Notes under the pieces: generated by a model
Seen by the model: only the letters and a program-made list of their open reading frames with translations
Database searches by the model: none
Told to the model about the DNA's origin: nothing
Source of the DNA: Tubulanus polymorphus
Lineage: Eukaryota; Animalia; Nemertea
DNA length: 64,000 nucleotides
Assembly: GCF_964204645.1 (NCBI RefSeq)
Contig: NC_134032.1
Location: forward strand, 12,388,275 to 12,452,274
Direction of reading: 5' to 3'
Position numbers and translations under genes: made by a program
Shown here: positions 38,601 through 51,300 of the stretch, piece after piece
How the letters are laid out: every line of letters starts with the position of its first letter
Position numbering within the stretch: the stretch's first letter is position 1

Positions 38601-41600
38601 ATCTTTTGAGCCATTCGGATTTGTTTGAAATACCCGTTTTGGTCAAGCAGATACCTTACATATGAAACTATTGATAATATATGCTCCTAAATCGTTCATT
38701 GGCTCCATCTATTGATCGAAAACTGCAATCCAGCTCCTGACAGCGACTCAAACGGCTCGTCAGGCGTTTATATTGCGAAAAGAAATAACGTCTATCTCTT
38801 ACACCGGTGGCTCCATCTATTGAGTCTCGGGTGAACGTATAGATACATCTGAATTATTGCGTTATAATACCGGGGTTCTTACACACTAGGGACTGTCACT
38901 GCTTGAAAATTCTAGGGGGGGGGGGCGAGGAATTTTGATTTTATCGCATCTTGTTCTTGGTCCAGTGACACAATAACCTCTTGATAAGAAACACTGAGGA
39001 TATCTTACTATTTCATAGAGGAATTACCAATTGCCTGATCTTTAAGAATGCTGTGAAATTATTTTCGGAAGAGTTTAATGAATTGATTTTTGAAATTTCA
39101 GCTCGCTTTACGAATTGAACTTCATGCAAGCGAAACCGGCGCGTGGATTCTATAAACTGACGGTTAGTGCGGCACCGACTAAACCCGACAAACGTCTCAT
39201 CGGAACGTCTGGCGCGAACATACAGGTTAAAGTCACCACGCAGGTGACCGTCGAGAATATCGAAGTCGGCGTCGCCGATAAAGATCAAACATCGGCCGCT
39301 AAAAGTATCAAGTGAGTATCGTAGCGTTTCGACTCTTGTCAATTCGGACCCAGTTCTACAGTTATGAGTTAAAGATTTGATTCGGTATTGATAATGAACT
39401 AAATTCTACCCAGAGTTGACATCGAATTCACAACTGTGGAACTGAGTTTCGTAACCTTGTATCAATACCTCCAATATCTTGTAGGCTGTAAACACTCCTA
39501 AGATATTTACCTAAGTTTGCTCTAATTTCTGGTGTTTGTCATTCATTTTCAAATAAAAAGACGTCTGCTTAAGTATTGGAACTCGCATGAATCGTGGACA
39601 ATTAAAAAACTGAAAGAAAGGCGATAAAGTGTCATATATCTCTGGGGTCCAGTCTACAGACTCGTATTATTCATTCCTAATTCAATACTCCTCTGAGCAA
39701 GATTATTCCCCTACGAACTTGGATATTCGTTCATAGGTTTATTCCTCTTGCAATATCAAGTATTTCTCAATGAATTGTTTCTCGATTCAATAAATCGATT
39801 ATTGCATCTTATATCAATTCATGAGTAACATCCACTTCTTTGCATCGATAACTGTTTTAAATACTTATGAATTATATAATATAGAAGGACTGAATTTCTC
39901 TGTAAACCTTTCACTTGAATCGCATCAGTTTTGTTAGTGTTCCGTATAAAACTGTTTCGGACGTTGAAAGGAAATAAAAGTTGTGCAAGTCCAGCTACTA
40001 GGACTGATCTGTTTTAATTACAGCAGTTCAGTCTTTATACACTTGCTACAGTATCTTCAATCTTCTATTTACTGTTAGAATTCTAGCTAGATTGGGTCTG
40101 GGGCACATGTAAAAGTCCATGATTAAAACTTTGCTGTTCACATCCTGAGAAACACACTTGTTTCCTGTGATGAGCGTTTATAGTTTATGAGACCAGATAT
40201 AATTCTTAGCGCTTGCGTTGTGCTGATTATTTCTTAACTCTAGATATATAGATGGCGGGGAGGTGAGGTGATGTAGATATGATTCCCGATGATTAGATTT
40301 GTCTTACACACTGATTCGTACATGCTGAATTGTGTTTGATAGGAAGAGTCTGAGGGATATTTGAAAAAAAAACATGTACTAATTGACTAATTACCCTCCC
40401 CTAATGCGTACGTAATAAATGAATGACCCCTAGAGGGATTGAGGGGGTTGGGTAGAAGTTTGAGATAGTTCCCGATGATTAGATTTGTCTTACACACTGA
40501 TTCGTACATGCTGAATTGTGTTTGATAGGAAGAGTCTGAGGGATAAGTGTCATCTATAAAACCAACCTGTTTCCACTGATTAAAGCATAAGTTTTTGAAA
40601 GTCGTCACTCTTCGGTCACAGTTTGTATCGATGCGAATATTCTTCAAACCGAGTTCATCGTAGATGATTAAAATCAGTTGTGCTTAATGAAAAAGTTATG
40701 CGTCATCAGTTCAATTGTCTCAGTATAGAGCGTGAAGCCATGTAACTAGTTTATAAGCATGGGTGGCTTCGCGGAAAGTCAAATAAAATTCTCAAGCCAG
40801 TTGGTGGTTGGCACCAATATGCTATTATGTTGGTTTAGCTAGTGAATGGCTACTGGTGGACTTGTTAAGGCATCTGCGTAAATTGTCGCAACTATTGTCT
40901 CGTTATAAACGAAATGAAACGATTTTCTCGTTGCAGATTACAACACCCGAATAAAGCGGCGAACGCCCTCGAGGCCGATCACCATCAGAAGATTCTCATG
41001 AAATTCCAGCTGAAAGACAAACTCAGCGGCAATTTGATGTTGGCTCATCAGACGTTCGTCCGTCTGACAAATGTCGACACGAAACAAGAAATCATCTTCA
41101 CGGCGAGCCCGGAAACATCGAAATCTTATAAATTTACGCTGGTTAGTTTTCTATTTGGTTATCGTGTCTATTTTCTCGAGCAAACTCGTTTCATCCGGAT
41201 TGTGCAGATCCAAAATGATCCATATTAATACTACTGGAACTGGAATTTCTGCTTAACTGGATGAAATGATTCGGTCGATGAATCGATGTTGTTCGAGTTA
41301 GAAGGAAATGTTGAGAAATGATGAATGAAAAAGGGACGTAATTCCGAATACAAAATGTCGATGAACACTTTAACTAAAATCTGATCTCTCATTTCTCCAA
41401 CTCGGTATAATTTGGCCCACATTTTCGTAGATTCTATTTTAATTCACAATTTTTGACGCCAGTTACATTGTCATGGCATGTATTGAAATACCACTTTTGG
41501 ACTTGACTATGCCTCTGCATGAGACCCGTAAAGACCATCTTAGCCAATCATGTGCAACGTAAAGACCACAGTGTTACATTTGAGTCTCTTTCAGATCTTG

Positions 41601-44266
41601 TTCTATCCATAATGTAAAATGTTGTTAACATATTTTGTAGGATGTCGGAGCTAGTGGTAAACTATTCAGTTGGATGTCCGGAACCTATAGTTTAGAACTG
41701 ATAGTCGGAGATGCCGTCATTGAGAATCCATTCTCCTGGCATATGGTAAATAACTTCTACCTACATATACCTCCGATGCGACTCTTACTCTGTCATTCTT
41801 GTGATTCAAATCTGACCAATTTGTTGTTGTATTTTTGTTAAGGCTGATTTGAAACTGTCGTTCCCGAGCGGTTCATCTTCGTCTAAACAACCCGAAGATA
41901 TCCACTCGAAAAAACCGGAAATCAAGGTCAGTATCTAAACAGCTAGTCTAGGGAATCAGAAAAACGTAGAAAAAAATCGTGGATTGTGGCAAATTTGCCC
42001 AAAAAAAAATCAGAAACCGGAAAACTCAGAGAACTTGAATATGCTATTGACACATGTTTACTTATCAATATGTGATTCAATGAAAAATGAATGAATTGTA
42101 ACATGTGTTTGTTTATGTGTTTTTGTAGCACATGTTCCGTCCAGCTGAGAAGAGACCCCCGATTCTCGTATCGAACGCGTTCACGATACTCGTACTGTCG
42201 CCGTTCCTCGTTCTGATTATTCTCGTAAGTACCTTAACCCCCCACACCTAACCCTCTATCCCACGGGAGGCGTGGTTTAAAATCTACTCGCCGTTTACTG
42301 AATCATAAGATGCGCAGTAATGTCATCGGTTTAATTGTCTTTAAAGAGAATCATAGCGTGAAGCCATGTTTTCAGTGAAACTAAGTGTTTGAAAGTTTGT
42401 ATTGACATGGATTTCTGTCACATGGTGCAGCTGTGTTTAGTAGCCAATGATTAACAAATCTAGTCAAGCTTACACTAATTTTCGACCTCCAATAGGTTTG
42501 AAATGAGGATAACCCCGCTAATATGAGGCTACACTGAACATTCAAAACTATTGAGTGCTGATCGGTTTGGGAATATTTGTAAATGGCTCAAAGCAGTTGT
42601 GTTTAACCTGAAAGTTACTTGGTATCATCGGTGCAATTGGATTCATAATGATTCAAAGCCATAAGCTATATTTTTGTTTTCACTCATGAATCCATAAGCG
42701 AATATCCAAATCGCGACATTCAAAATCATCCCTTTGCAAAGAGTTCAGACTTGGTTTTGGTGTCTGCTGCTGTTGTCCGTTGCAGAGACTGAGTCTGGTT
42801 AGAAATATCTTTTTCTTAAATGAATATATATATATATATATATATTGTTGATTTCAGTGGATGAGAATAGGAGTGAATGTATCGAACTTCCCTCTGTCAA
42901 TCAGCGCTGTCGGGTTCCACGTGTGTCTGGCAGGTGAGTCTCTTATCCGTTCTAGTCTCGATTCCGCGATTATTGGCGTGATGATTTGAAGGGACGTAAT
43001 TCCGATTTAACGATGAAGATACGTTTTTCATTTTAAATCTGACCGATATTTGCGACGACATCGAACAATTTTTCGATTCTTGTATAAATTCGTCGAGGAC
43101 CCAGGGTCAGTTTCATGAAAAAGCTTGGGCTTAAAACGGTTAAGGTTAAATTGTTTTCGTCTTTGAAAAAGTTGTGTTTATCTTTTTTTGTGAAACTGAA
43201 TCCTGATCTTGATGAAATAGTGAATCAGTATTTAAATTGCGATAATCTATTTTTATCTTGCAGCTATCTTTGGTTTGTATTATTGCTATTGGGCTCATTT
43301 GAACATGTTCCAAACTCTGCGCTATCTCGGATTTCTGCTCATTCCGACTTTCATATTCGGCAACCGTCTATTGAACAGTATCGCAGCCGGCAAAAAGTAA
43401 GTATAACGATATTCATTTAAAACTGTTGGGATGTGGTGAGTGGGAGGTCGGAGAGTATTGAGGGAATTTCGCAATACAGTATTGCCAATCTATAGACACT
43501 ACTGAATACGTGCTAGCACAATCTCTTAACTGTAATTTACTGGAAAGCGATTGTTTCAGTTATATAGGGGATCATTCATTTATAACGTACGCATAAAATT
43601 TGAATTTCCCCTAATGCGTACGTAATAAATGAATGACCCCTAGAGGGATTGAGGGGGTTGGGTAGAAGTTAGAGATAGTTCCCGATGATTAGATTTGTCT
43701 TACACACTGATTCGTACATGCTGAATTGTGTTTGATAGGAAGAGTCTGAGGGATATTTGGAAAAAGCATTTACTAATTGGAGTTCTTAATTCTTAGATAG
43801 AATTTTGCTATACAGTTGAGAATTCATAATGTACCAATTCTTTAACTTAAAGCTTTTGAACAGGGTCGAACCTTTCACTTGAATCGCATCAGTTTTGTTA
43901 GTGTTCCATATAAAACTGTTTCGGACGTTGAAAGGAAATAAAAGTTGTGCAAGTCCAGCTACTAGGACTGAGCTGTGTCAATAACTGCAGTTCGGTCTTT
44001 ATACACTTGCTACAATATCTTATAATATTTATTTACACAGTAATTATATCTAGCTAGATCAGGTCTGGGTCGCGTATGGAAGTCCATGATTAAAACTTTG
44101 CTGTTCACATCCTGAGAATAAAAATTTCTTCTGATGAGCATTTATTGTTATGAGACTTAAGAAGTTTAAAGAGTTGCTTAGAATTGTGATTTTTCATTAA
44201 AACTCAGCGTTGACATGAAAATTAAGATGAATTTTTCAATTATTTCATTGTAGGAAGACAAATTAA
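32627..44266 (+). CDS. RPN2: Ribophorin II (oligosaccharyltransferase subunit), 17 exons
   Basis: Exons 32627-32636, 33541-33734, 34446-34541, 34633-34741, 35447-35510, 35667-35778, 36590-36679, 37268-37444, 37803-37930, 39102-39311, 40937-41141, 41641-41745, 41843-41926, 42129-42224, 42858-42933, 43264-43396, 44254-44266. Signal peptide then LTPSSY, LQFEGGL, HQTFVRL, LIVGDAVIENPFSW, KPEIKHMFRPAEKRPP, three TM segments, LNMFQTL. Confidence 0.96.
34915..35050 (+). ncRNA. Box H/ACA snoRNA, SNORA9-like, copy 1
   Basis: gcaggt...acttgc hairpin with pocket CAGC / CTAGA fitting 28S UCUAG-U-A-GCUG, 14 nt from H box AAATAA; gatgtt...aacatc hairpin with pocket AAGTTTGA / TAGGT fitting 28S ACCUAU-U-C-UCAAACUU; ACA at 35045. 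Confidence 0.75.
35171..35307 (+). ncRNA. Box H/ACA snoRNA, SNORA9-like, copy 2
   Basis: Tandem near-identical copy in the same intron; ACA at 35302. Confidence 0.75.
35840..35996 (+). ncRNA. Candidate box H/ACA RNA, target unassigned
   Basis: agcaag...cttgct hairpin, H box AGATAA at 35919, cgagg...cctcg hairpin, ACA at 35991. Confidence 0.55.
37601..37730 (+). ncRNA. Box H/ACA snoRNA, SNORA10-like, copy 2
   Basis: Near-identical to 10182-10310; ends 72 nt before the 3' splice site. Confidence 0.7.
38722..38850 (+). ncRNA. Box H/ACA snoRNA, SNORA10-like, copy 3
   Basis: Near-identical to 10182-10310; ACA at 38845. Confidence 0.7.
39905..40053 (+). ncRNA. Box H/ACA snoRNA, target unassigned, copy 2
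   Basis: Homologue of 8737-8885; ACA at 40048. Confidence 0.75.
40115..40193 (+). ncRNA. Box C/D snoRNA guiding 28S Um2415 equivalent (SNORD143/144-like), copy 1
   Basis: gtc-c-ATGATTA, guide TTGCTGTTCACAT before D' CTGA (40145) pairing 28S AUGUGAACAGCAG, C' GTGATGA, D ATGA, gac. Confidence 0.75.
40284..40357 (+). ncRNA. Box C/D snoRNA with guide TGATAGGAAGAG (28S CUCUUCCUAUCA)
   Basis: tccc-g-ATGATTA...CTGA(D')...ATGCTGA(C')...TGATAGGAAGAG-t-CTGA-ggga with terminal stem. Confidence 0.8.
40470..40543 (+). ncRNA. Box C/D snoRNA with guide TGATAGGAAGAG, tandem copy
   Basis: Identical to 40284-40357. Confidence 0.8.
43680..43753 (+). ncRNA. Box C/D snoRNA with guide TGATAGGAAGAG, copy in last RPN2 intron
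   Basis: Identical to 40284-40357. Confidence 0.8.
43869..44017 (+). ncRNA. Box H/ACA snoRNA, target unassigned, copy 3
   Basis: Homologue of 8737-8885; ACA at 44012. Confidence 0.75.
44080..44158 (+). ncRNA. Box C/D snoRNA guiding 28S Um2415 equivalent, copy 2
   Basis: aagtc-c-ATGATTA...TTGCTGTTCACAT-c-CTGA...TGATGA...ATGA-gactt; ends 95 nt before the 3' splice site. Confidence 0.75.
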
Positions 44267-45390
44267 TCACATTAGCGGCAGACGTCTCACTCCGCAGAGA
44301 CACCTGGAGCATTTTTGAGACACTACTTAGAAGCAGTCGTCTTGCTATCGACGTGAGGCACCTGGAGGATCTTTGACACACTACTTACAAAATATAGACT
44401 GAATTTTCCGACTAGCGCATTCTAAAAGCAGTGTTCAGATCTGAAATGATGGTTTATTTAGAAATTGATAATATATATGAATATTCGTGCTTTATTTAAA
44501 TGTTATGTTTTGTGGTATTTGTTGTTATATGTAAAATTGTTTGCTTAAAGTCGCAGTCATCGAAATGATAATTATTTTTCTCAATTTTCTTGTCATCGAC
44601 CTATTGGGCTGTTCAAAAAAGTGGGCCGTCGCACCAAAATGTGAGGGAACTGAATTTTCAGGTTGCTCTGATAGCATCATTCACAGTTGCTAAAAAATGG
44701 GATCAGTCAATAGTTGAGATGATATCTCGTCTATGTTCTAACTAGGTTCCACTGTATTATGCCATCTTATGAAGTCTTGAATTCTAAATGTTGACGTTGC
44801 GATTTCATCTTGGTTTACTGTGTTTCCGAGGGTGGGGCTGTATCGTTATTATAAAGATCCTCTAGGTTGCAAAAACTCGAGGCAATGATGGGGATCCCCT
44901 AATTATTGAATTATCTAGGGACTGCGTCCTCATGGAATGTTAGTCTTGAGAACCTGAATTGGTCCACGCAGCCTTTCTTAAGGTGGACAATAGAATCATT
45001 GTATGAAAATAGATGTATGAAATTTTTAATTTATCTGCATTCCTTTTTACAATGAAATTGTATTAAGAAATAAAAAAATTATATAATTTAACATATGGTG
45101 TGCTGTTCAGTTTTTTTTTTTTCATTGGAGCAAATGTCGTCACTGATTCAACGTAGTTCGCTGTTGAGGATTCTGAAGGCCGAGGTGAGGATACGTCTGG
45201 TTCGAACCCAGTACACAGTCGGTGACCATAAATTTAGACTTATCAAATGAAGTTGGTGACAGCACGTGATGGTACCCATGCGGAGTTTCTTCTAACTAAA
45301 TACAATGGGCAACGAAGTCTTCATGCCAATGGGGATCAATCTTTTGCGAAACTAGGATGAACCTGCTCATTAACGGTTTCGAATTACCAA

Positions 45391-48300
45391 TTGCGTGATT
45401 TCTGCGAACTAATGATACACAATTGATTAGTTCTTGGAACCAACACCGACATATTGGTGGCAGCACCATACGGTAACCTAGCGTGATTTCTGCGAACTAA
45501 TGATACCACACCATACCCAATTGATTAGTTCAGGGAACCAACACCGACATATTGGTGGCAGCACCATACGGTACGCTAGCGTGATTTCTGCGAACTAATG
45601 ATACCACACCATACCCAATTGATCAGTTTTGGGAACCAACACCGACATATTAGTGGCAGCACCATACGGTACCCTAGCGTGATTTCTGCGAACTAATGAT
45701 AACACACCATACCCAATTGATCAGTTTTGGGAACCAACACCGACATATTGGTGGCAGCACCATACGGTACCCTAGCGTGATTTCTGCGAACTAATGATAC
45801 CATACCATACACAATTGATTAGTTCTGGGAACCAACACCGACATATTGGTGGCAGCACCATACGGTACCCTAGCGTGATTTCTGCGAACTAATGATACCA
45901 TACCATACACAATTGATTAGTACTGGGAACCAACACCGACATATAAGTGGCAGCACCATACGGTAACCTAGCGTGATTTCTGCGAACTAATGATACCACA
46001 CCATACCCAATTGATTAGTTCTGGGAACCAACACCGACATATTGGTGGCAGCACCATACGGTAACCTAGCGTGATTTCTGCGAACTAATGATACCACACC
46101 ATACACAATTGATTAGTTCTGGGAACCAACACCGAAATATAAGTGGCAGCACCATACGGTACCCTAGCGTCAGTTCTGCGAACTAATGATACCACACCAT
46201 ACCCAATTGATTAGTTCTGGGAACCAACACCGACATATTGGTGGCAGCACCATACGGTACCCTAGCGTGATTTCTGCGAACTAATGATACCACACCATAC
46301 ACAATTGATTAGTTCTGGGAACCAACACCGACATATTGGTGGCAGCACCATACGGTACCCTAGCGTGATTTCTGCGAACTACTGATACCACACCATACCC
46401 AATTGATTAGTTTTGGGAACCAACACCGACATATTGGTGGCAGCACCATACGGTAACCTAGCGTGATTTCTGCGAACTAATGATACCACACCATACCCAA
46501 TTGATTAGTTTTGGGAACCAACACCGACATATTAGTGGCAGCACCATACGGTACCCTAGCGTGATTTCTGCGAACTAATGATACCACACCATACCCAATT
46601 GATTAGTTCTGGGAACCAACACCGAAATATAAGTGGCAGCACCATACGGTACCCTAGCGTCAGTTCTGCGAACTAATGATACCACACCATACCCAATTGA
46701 TTAGTTCTGGGAACCAACACCGACATATTGGTGGCAGCACCATACGGTACCCTAGCGTGTTTTCTGCGAACTAATGATACCACACCATACCCAATTGATT
46801 AGTACTGGGAACCAACACCGAAATATAAGTGGCAGCACCATACGGTACCCTAGCGTGATTTCTGCGAACTAATGATACCACACCATACCCAATTGATTAG
46901 TTCTGGGAACCAACACCGAAATATAAGTGGCAGCACCATACGGTACCCTAACGTCAGTTCTTCGAACTAATGATACCACACCATACCCAATTGATTAGTT
47001 CTGGGAACCAACACCGACATATTGGTGGCAGCACCATACGGTAACCTAGCGTGATTTCTGCGAACTAATGATACCACACCATACACAATTGATTAGTTCT
47101 GGGAACCAACACCGAAATATAAGTGGCAGCACCATACGGTACTCTAGCGTGATTTCTGCGAACTAATGATACCACACCATACACAATTGATTAGTTTTGG
47201 GAACCAACACCGACATATTGGTGGCAGCACCATACGGTACGCTAGCGTGATTTCTGCGAACTAATGATACCACACCATACCCAATTGATTAGTACTGGGA
47301 ACCAACACCGACATATTGGTGGCAGCACCATACGGTACCCTAGCGTGATTTCTGCGAACTAATGATACCACACCATACCCAATTGATTAGTTCTGGGAAC
47401 CAACACCGACATATTAGTGGCAGCACCATACGGTACTCTAGCGTGAGTTCTGCGAACTAATGATACCACACCATACCCAATTGATTAGTTCTGGGAACCA
47501 ACACCGACATATTGGTGGCAGCACCATACGGTACCCTAGCGTGATTTCTGCGAACTAACGATACCACACCATACCCAATTGATTAGTTCAGGGAACCAAC
47601 ACCGACATATTGGTGGCAGCACCATACAGTACGCTAGCGTGATTTCTGCGAACTAACGATACCACACCATACCCAATTGATTAGTTTTGGGAACCAACAC
47701 CGACATATTGGTGGCAGCACCATACGGTACGCTAGCGTGATTTCTGCGAACTAATGATACCACACCATACCCAATTGATTAGTACTGGGAACCAACACCG
47801 ACATATTAGTGGCAGCACCATACGGTACTCTAGCGTGAGTTCTGCGAACTAATGATACCACACCATACCCAATTGATTAGTTCTGGGAACCAACACCGAC
47901 ATATTGGTGGCAGCACCATACGGTACCCTAGCGTGATTTCTGCGAACTAACGATACCACACCATACCCAATTGATTAGTTCAGGGAACCAACACCGACAT
48001 ATTGGTGGCAGCACCATACGGTAACCTAGCGTGATTTCTGCGAACTAATGATACCACACCATACCCAATTGATTAGTACTGGGAACCAACACCGACATAT
48101 TGGTGGCAGCACCATACGGTACCCTAGCGTGATTTCTGCGAACTAATGATACCACACCATACACAATTGATTAGTACTGGGAACCAACACCGACATATTG
48201 GTGGCAGCACCATACGGTAACCTAGCGTGATTTCTGCGAACTAATGATACCACACCATACACAATTGATTAGTTCTGGGAACCAACACCGAAATATAAGT

Positions 48301-51300
48301 GGCAGCACCATACGGTACTCTAGCGTGATTTCTGCGAACTAATGATACCACACCATACACAATTGATTAGTTTTGGGAACCAACACCGACATATTGGTGG
48401 CAGCACCATACGGTACGCTAGCGTGATTTCTGCGAACTAATGATACCACACCATACCCAATTGATTAGTACTGGGAACCAACACCGACATATTGGTGGCA
48501 GCACCATACGGTACCCTAGCGTGATTTCTGCGAACTAATGATACCACACCATACCCAATTGATTAGTTCTGGGAACCAACACCGACATATTAGTGGCAGC
48601 ACCATACGGTACTCTAGCGTGAGTTCTGCGAACTAATGATACCACACCATACCCAATTGATTAGTTCTGGGAACCAACACCGACATATTGGTGGCAGCAC
48701 CATACGGTACCCTAGCGTGATTTCTGCGAACTAACGATACCACACCATACCCAATTGATTAGTTCAGGGAACCAACACCGACATATTGGTGGCAGCACCA
48801 TACGGTACGCTAGCGTGATTTCTGCGAACTAACGATACCACACCATACCCAATTGATTAGTTTTGGGAACCAACACCGACATATTGGTGGCAGCACCATA
48901 CGGTACCCTATTGTAATTTCTGCGAACTAATGATACCACACCATACACAATTGATTAGTTCTGGGAACCAACACCGACATATTGGTGGCAGCACCATACG
49001 GTACCCTAGCGTGATTTCTGCGAACTAACGATACCACACCATACCCAATTGATTAGTTCAGGGAACCAACACCGACATATTGGTGGCAGCACCATACGGT
49101 ACGCTAGCGTGATTTCTGCGAACTAATGATACCACACCATACACAATTGATTAGTTCTGGGAACCAACACCGACATATTGGTGGCAGCACCATACGGTAC
49201 CCTAGCGTGATTTCTGCGAACTAACGATACCACACCATACCCAATTGATTAGTTCAGGGAACCAACACCGACATATTGGTGGCAGCACCATACGGTAACC
49301 TAGCGTGATTTCTGCGAACTAATGATACCACACCATACCCAATTGATTAGTACTGGGAACCAACACCGACATATTGGTGGCAGCACCATACGGTACCCTA
49401 GCGTGATTTCTGCGAACTAATGATACCACACCATACACAATTGATTAGGTCTGGGAACCAACACCGACATATTCGTGGCAGCACCATACGGTACGCTAGC
49501 GTGATTTCTGCGAACTAACGATACCACACCATATCCAATTGATTAGTTTTGGGAACCAACACCGACATATTGGTGGCAGCACCATACGGTACCCTAACGT
49601 GATTTCTGCGAACTAACGATACCACACCATACACAATTGATTAGTTCTGGGAACCAACACCGACATATTGGTGGCAGCACCATACGGTATCCTATTGTAA
49701 TTTCTGCGAACTAATGATACCACACCATACACAATTGATTAGTTCTGGGAACCAACACCGACATATTGGTGGCAGCACCATACGGTACCCTAGCGTGATT
49801 TCTGCGAACTAATGATACCACACCATACCCAATTGATTAGTTTTGGGAACCAACACCGACATATTGGTGGCAGCACCATACGGTACCCTAGCGTGATTTC
49901 TGCGAACTAATGATACCACACCATACCCAATTGATTAGTACTGGGAACCAACACCGACATATTGGTGGCAGCACCATACGGTAACCTAGCGTGATTTCTG
50001 CGAACTAATGATACCACACCATACCCAATTGATTAGTACTGGGAACCAACACCGACATATTGGTGGCAGCACCATACGGTACCCTAGCGTGATTTCTGCG
50101 AACTATTGATACCACACCATACACAATTGATTAGGTCTGGGAACCAACACCGACATATTGGTGGCAGCACCATACGGTACCCTAGTGTGATTTCTGCGAA
50201 CTAATGATACCACACCATACCCAATTGATTAGTTTTGGGAACCAACACCGTCATATTAGTGGCAGCACCATACGGTACCCTAGCGTGATTTCTGCGAACT
50301 AATGATACCACACCATACCCAATTGATTAGTTCTGGGAACCAACACCGAAATATAAGTGGCAGCACCATACGGTACCCTAGCGTCAGTTCTGCGAACTAA
50401 TGATACCACACCATACCCAATTGATTAGTTCTGGGAACCAACACCGACATATTGGTGGCAGCACCATACGGTACCCTAGCGTGTTTTCTGCGAACTAATG
50501 ATACCACACCATACCCAATTGATTAGTACTGGGAACTAACACCGACATATTGGTGGCAGCACCATACGGTAACCTAGCGTGATTTCTGCGAACTAATGAT
50601 ACCACACCATACCCAATTGATTAGTTTTGGGAACCAACACCGACATATTAGTGGCAGCACCATACGGTACTCTAGCGTGAATTCTGCGAACTAACGATAC
50701 CACACCATACCCAATTGATTAGTTCTGGGAACCAACACCGACATATTGGTGGCAGCACCATACGGTACCCTATTGTAATTTCTGCGAACTAATGATACCA
50801 CACCATACACAATTGATTAGTTCTGGGAACCAACACCGACATATTGGTGGCAGCACCATACGGTACCCTAGCGTGTTTTCTGCGAACTAATGATACCACA
50901 CCATACCCAATTGATTAGTTCAGGGAACCAACACCGACATATTGGTGGCAGCACCATACGGTACCCTAGCGTGATTTCTGCGAACTAATGATACCACACC
51001 ATACACAATTGATTAGTTCTGGGAACCAACACCGACATATTGGTGGCAGCACCATACGGTACCCTAGCGTGATTTCTGCGAACTAACGATACCACACCAT
51101 ACCCAATTGATTAGTTCAGGGAACCAACACCGACATATTGGTGGCAGCACCATACGGTAACCTAGCGTGATTTCTGCGAACTAATGATACCACACCATAC
51201 CCAATTGATTAGTACTGGGAACCAACACCGACATATTGGTGGCAGCACCATACGGTACCCTAGCGTGATTTCTGCGAACTAATGATACCACACCATACAC

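Noticed and set aside
40728-40740. U3 snoRNA (box B-like GAGCGTGAAGCC)
   Set aside because: No boxes A, C', C or D in the right arrangement; part of a local recurrent motif.
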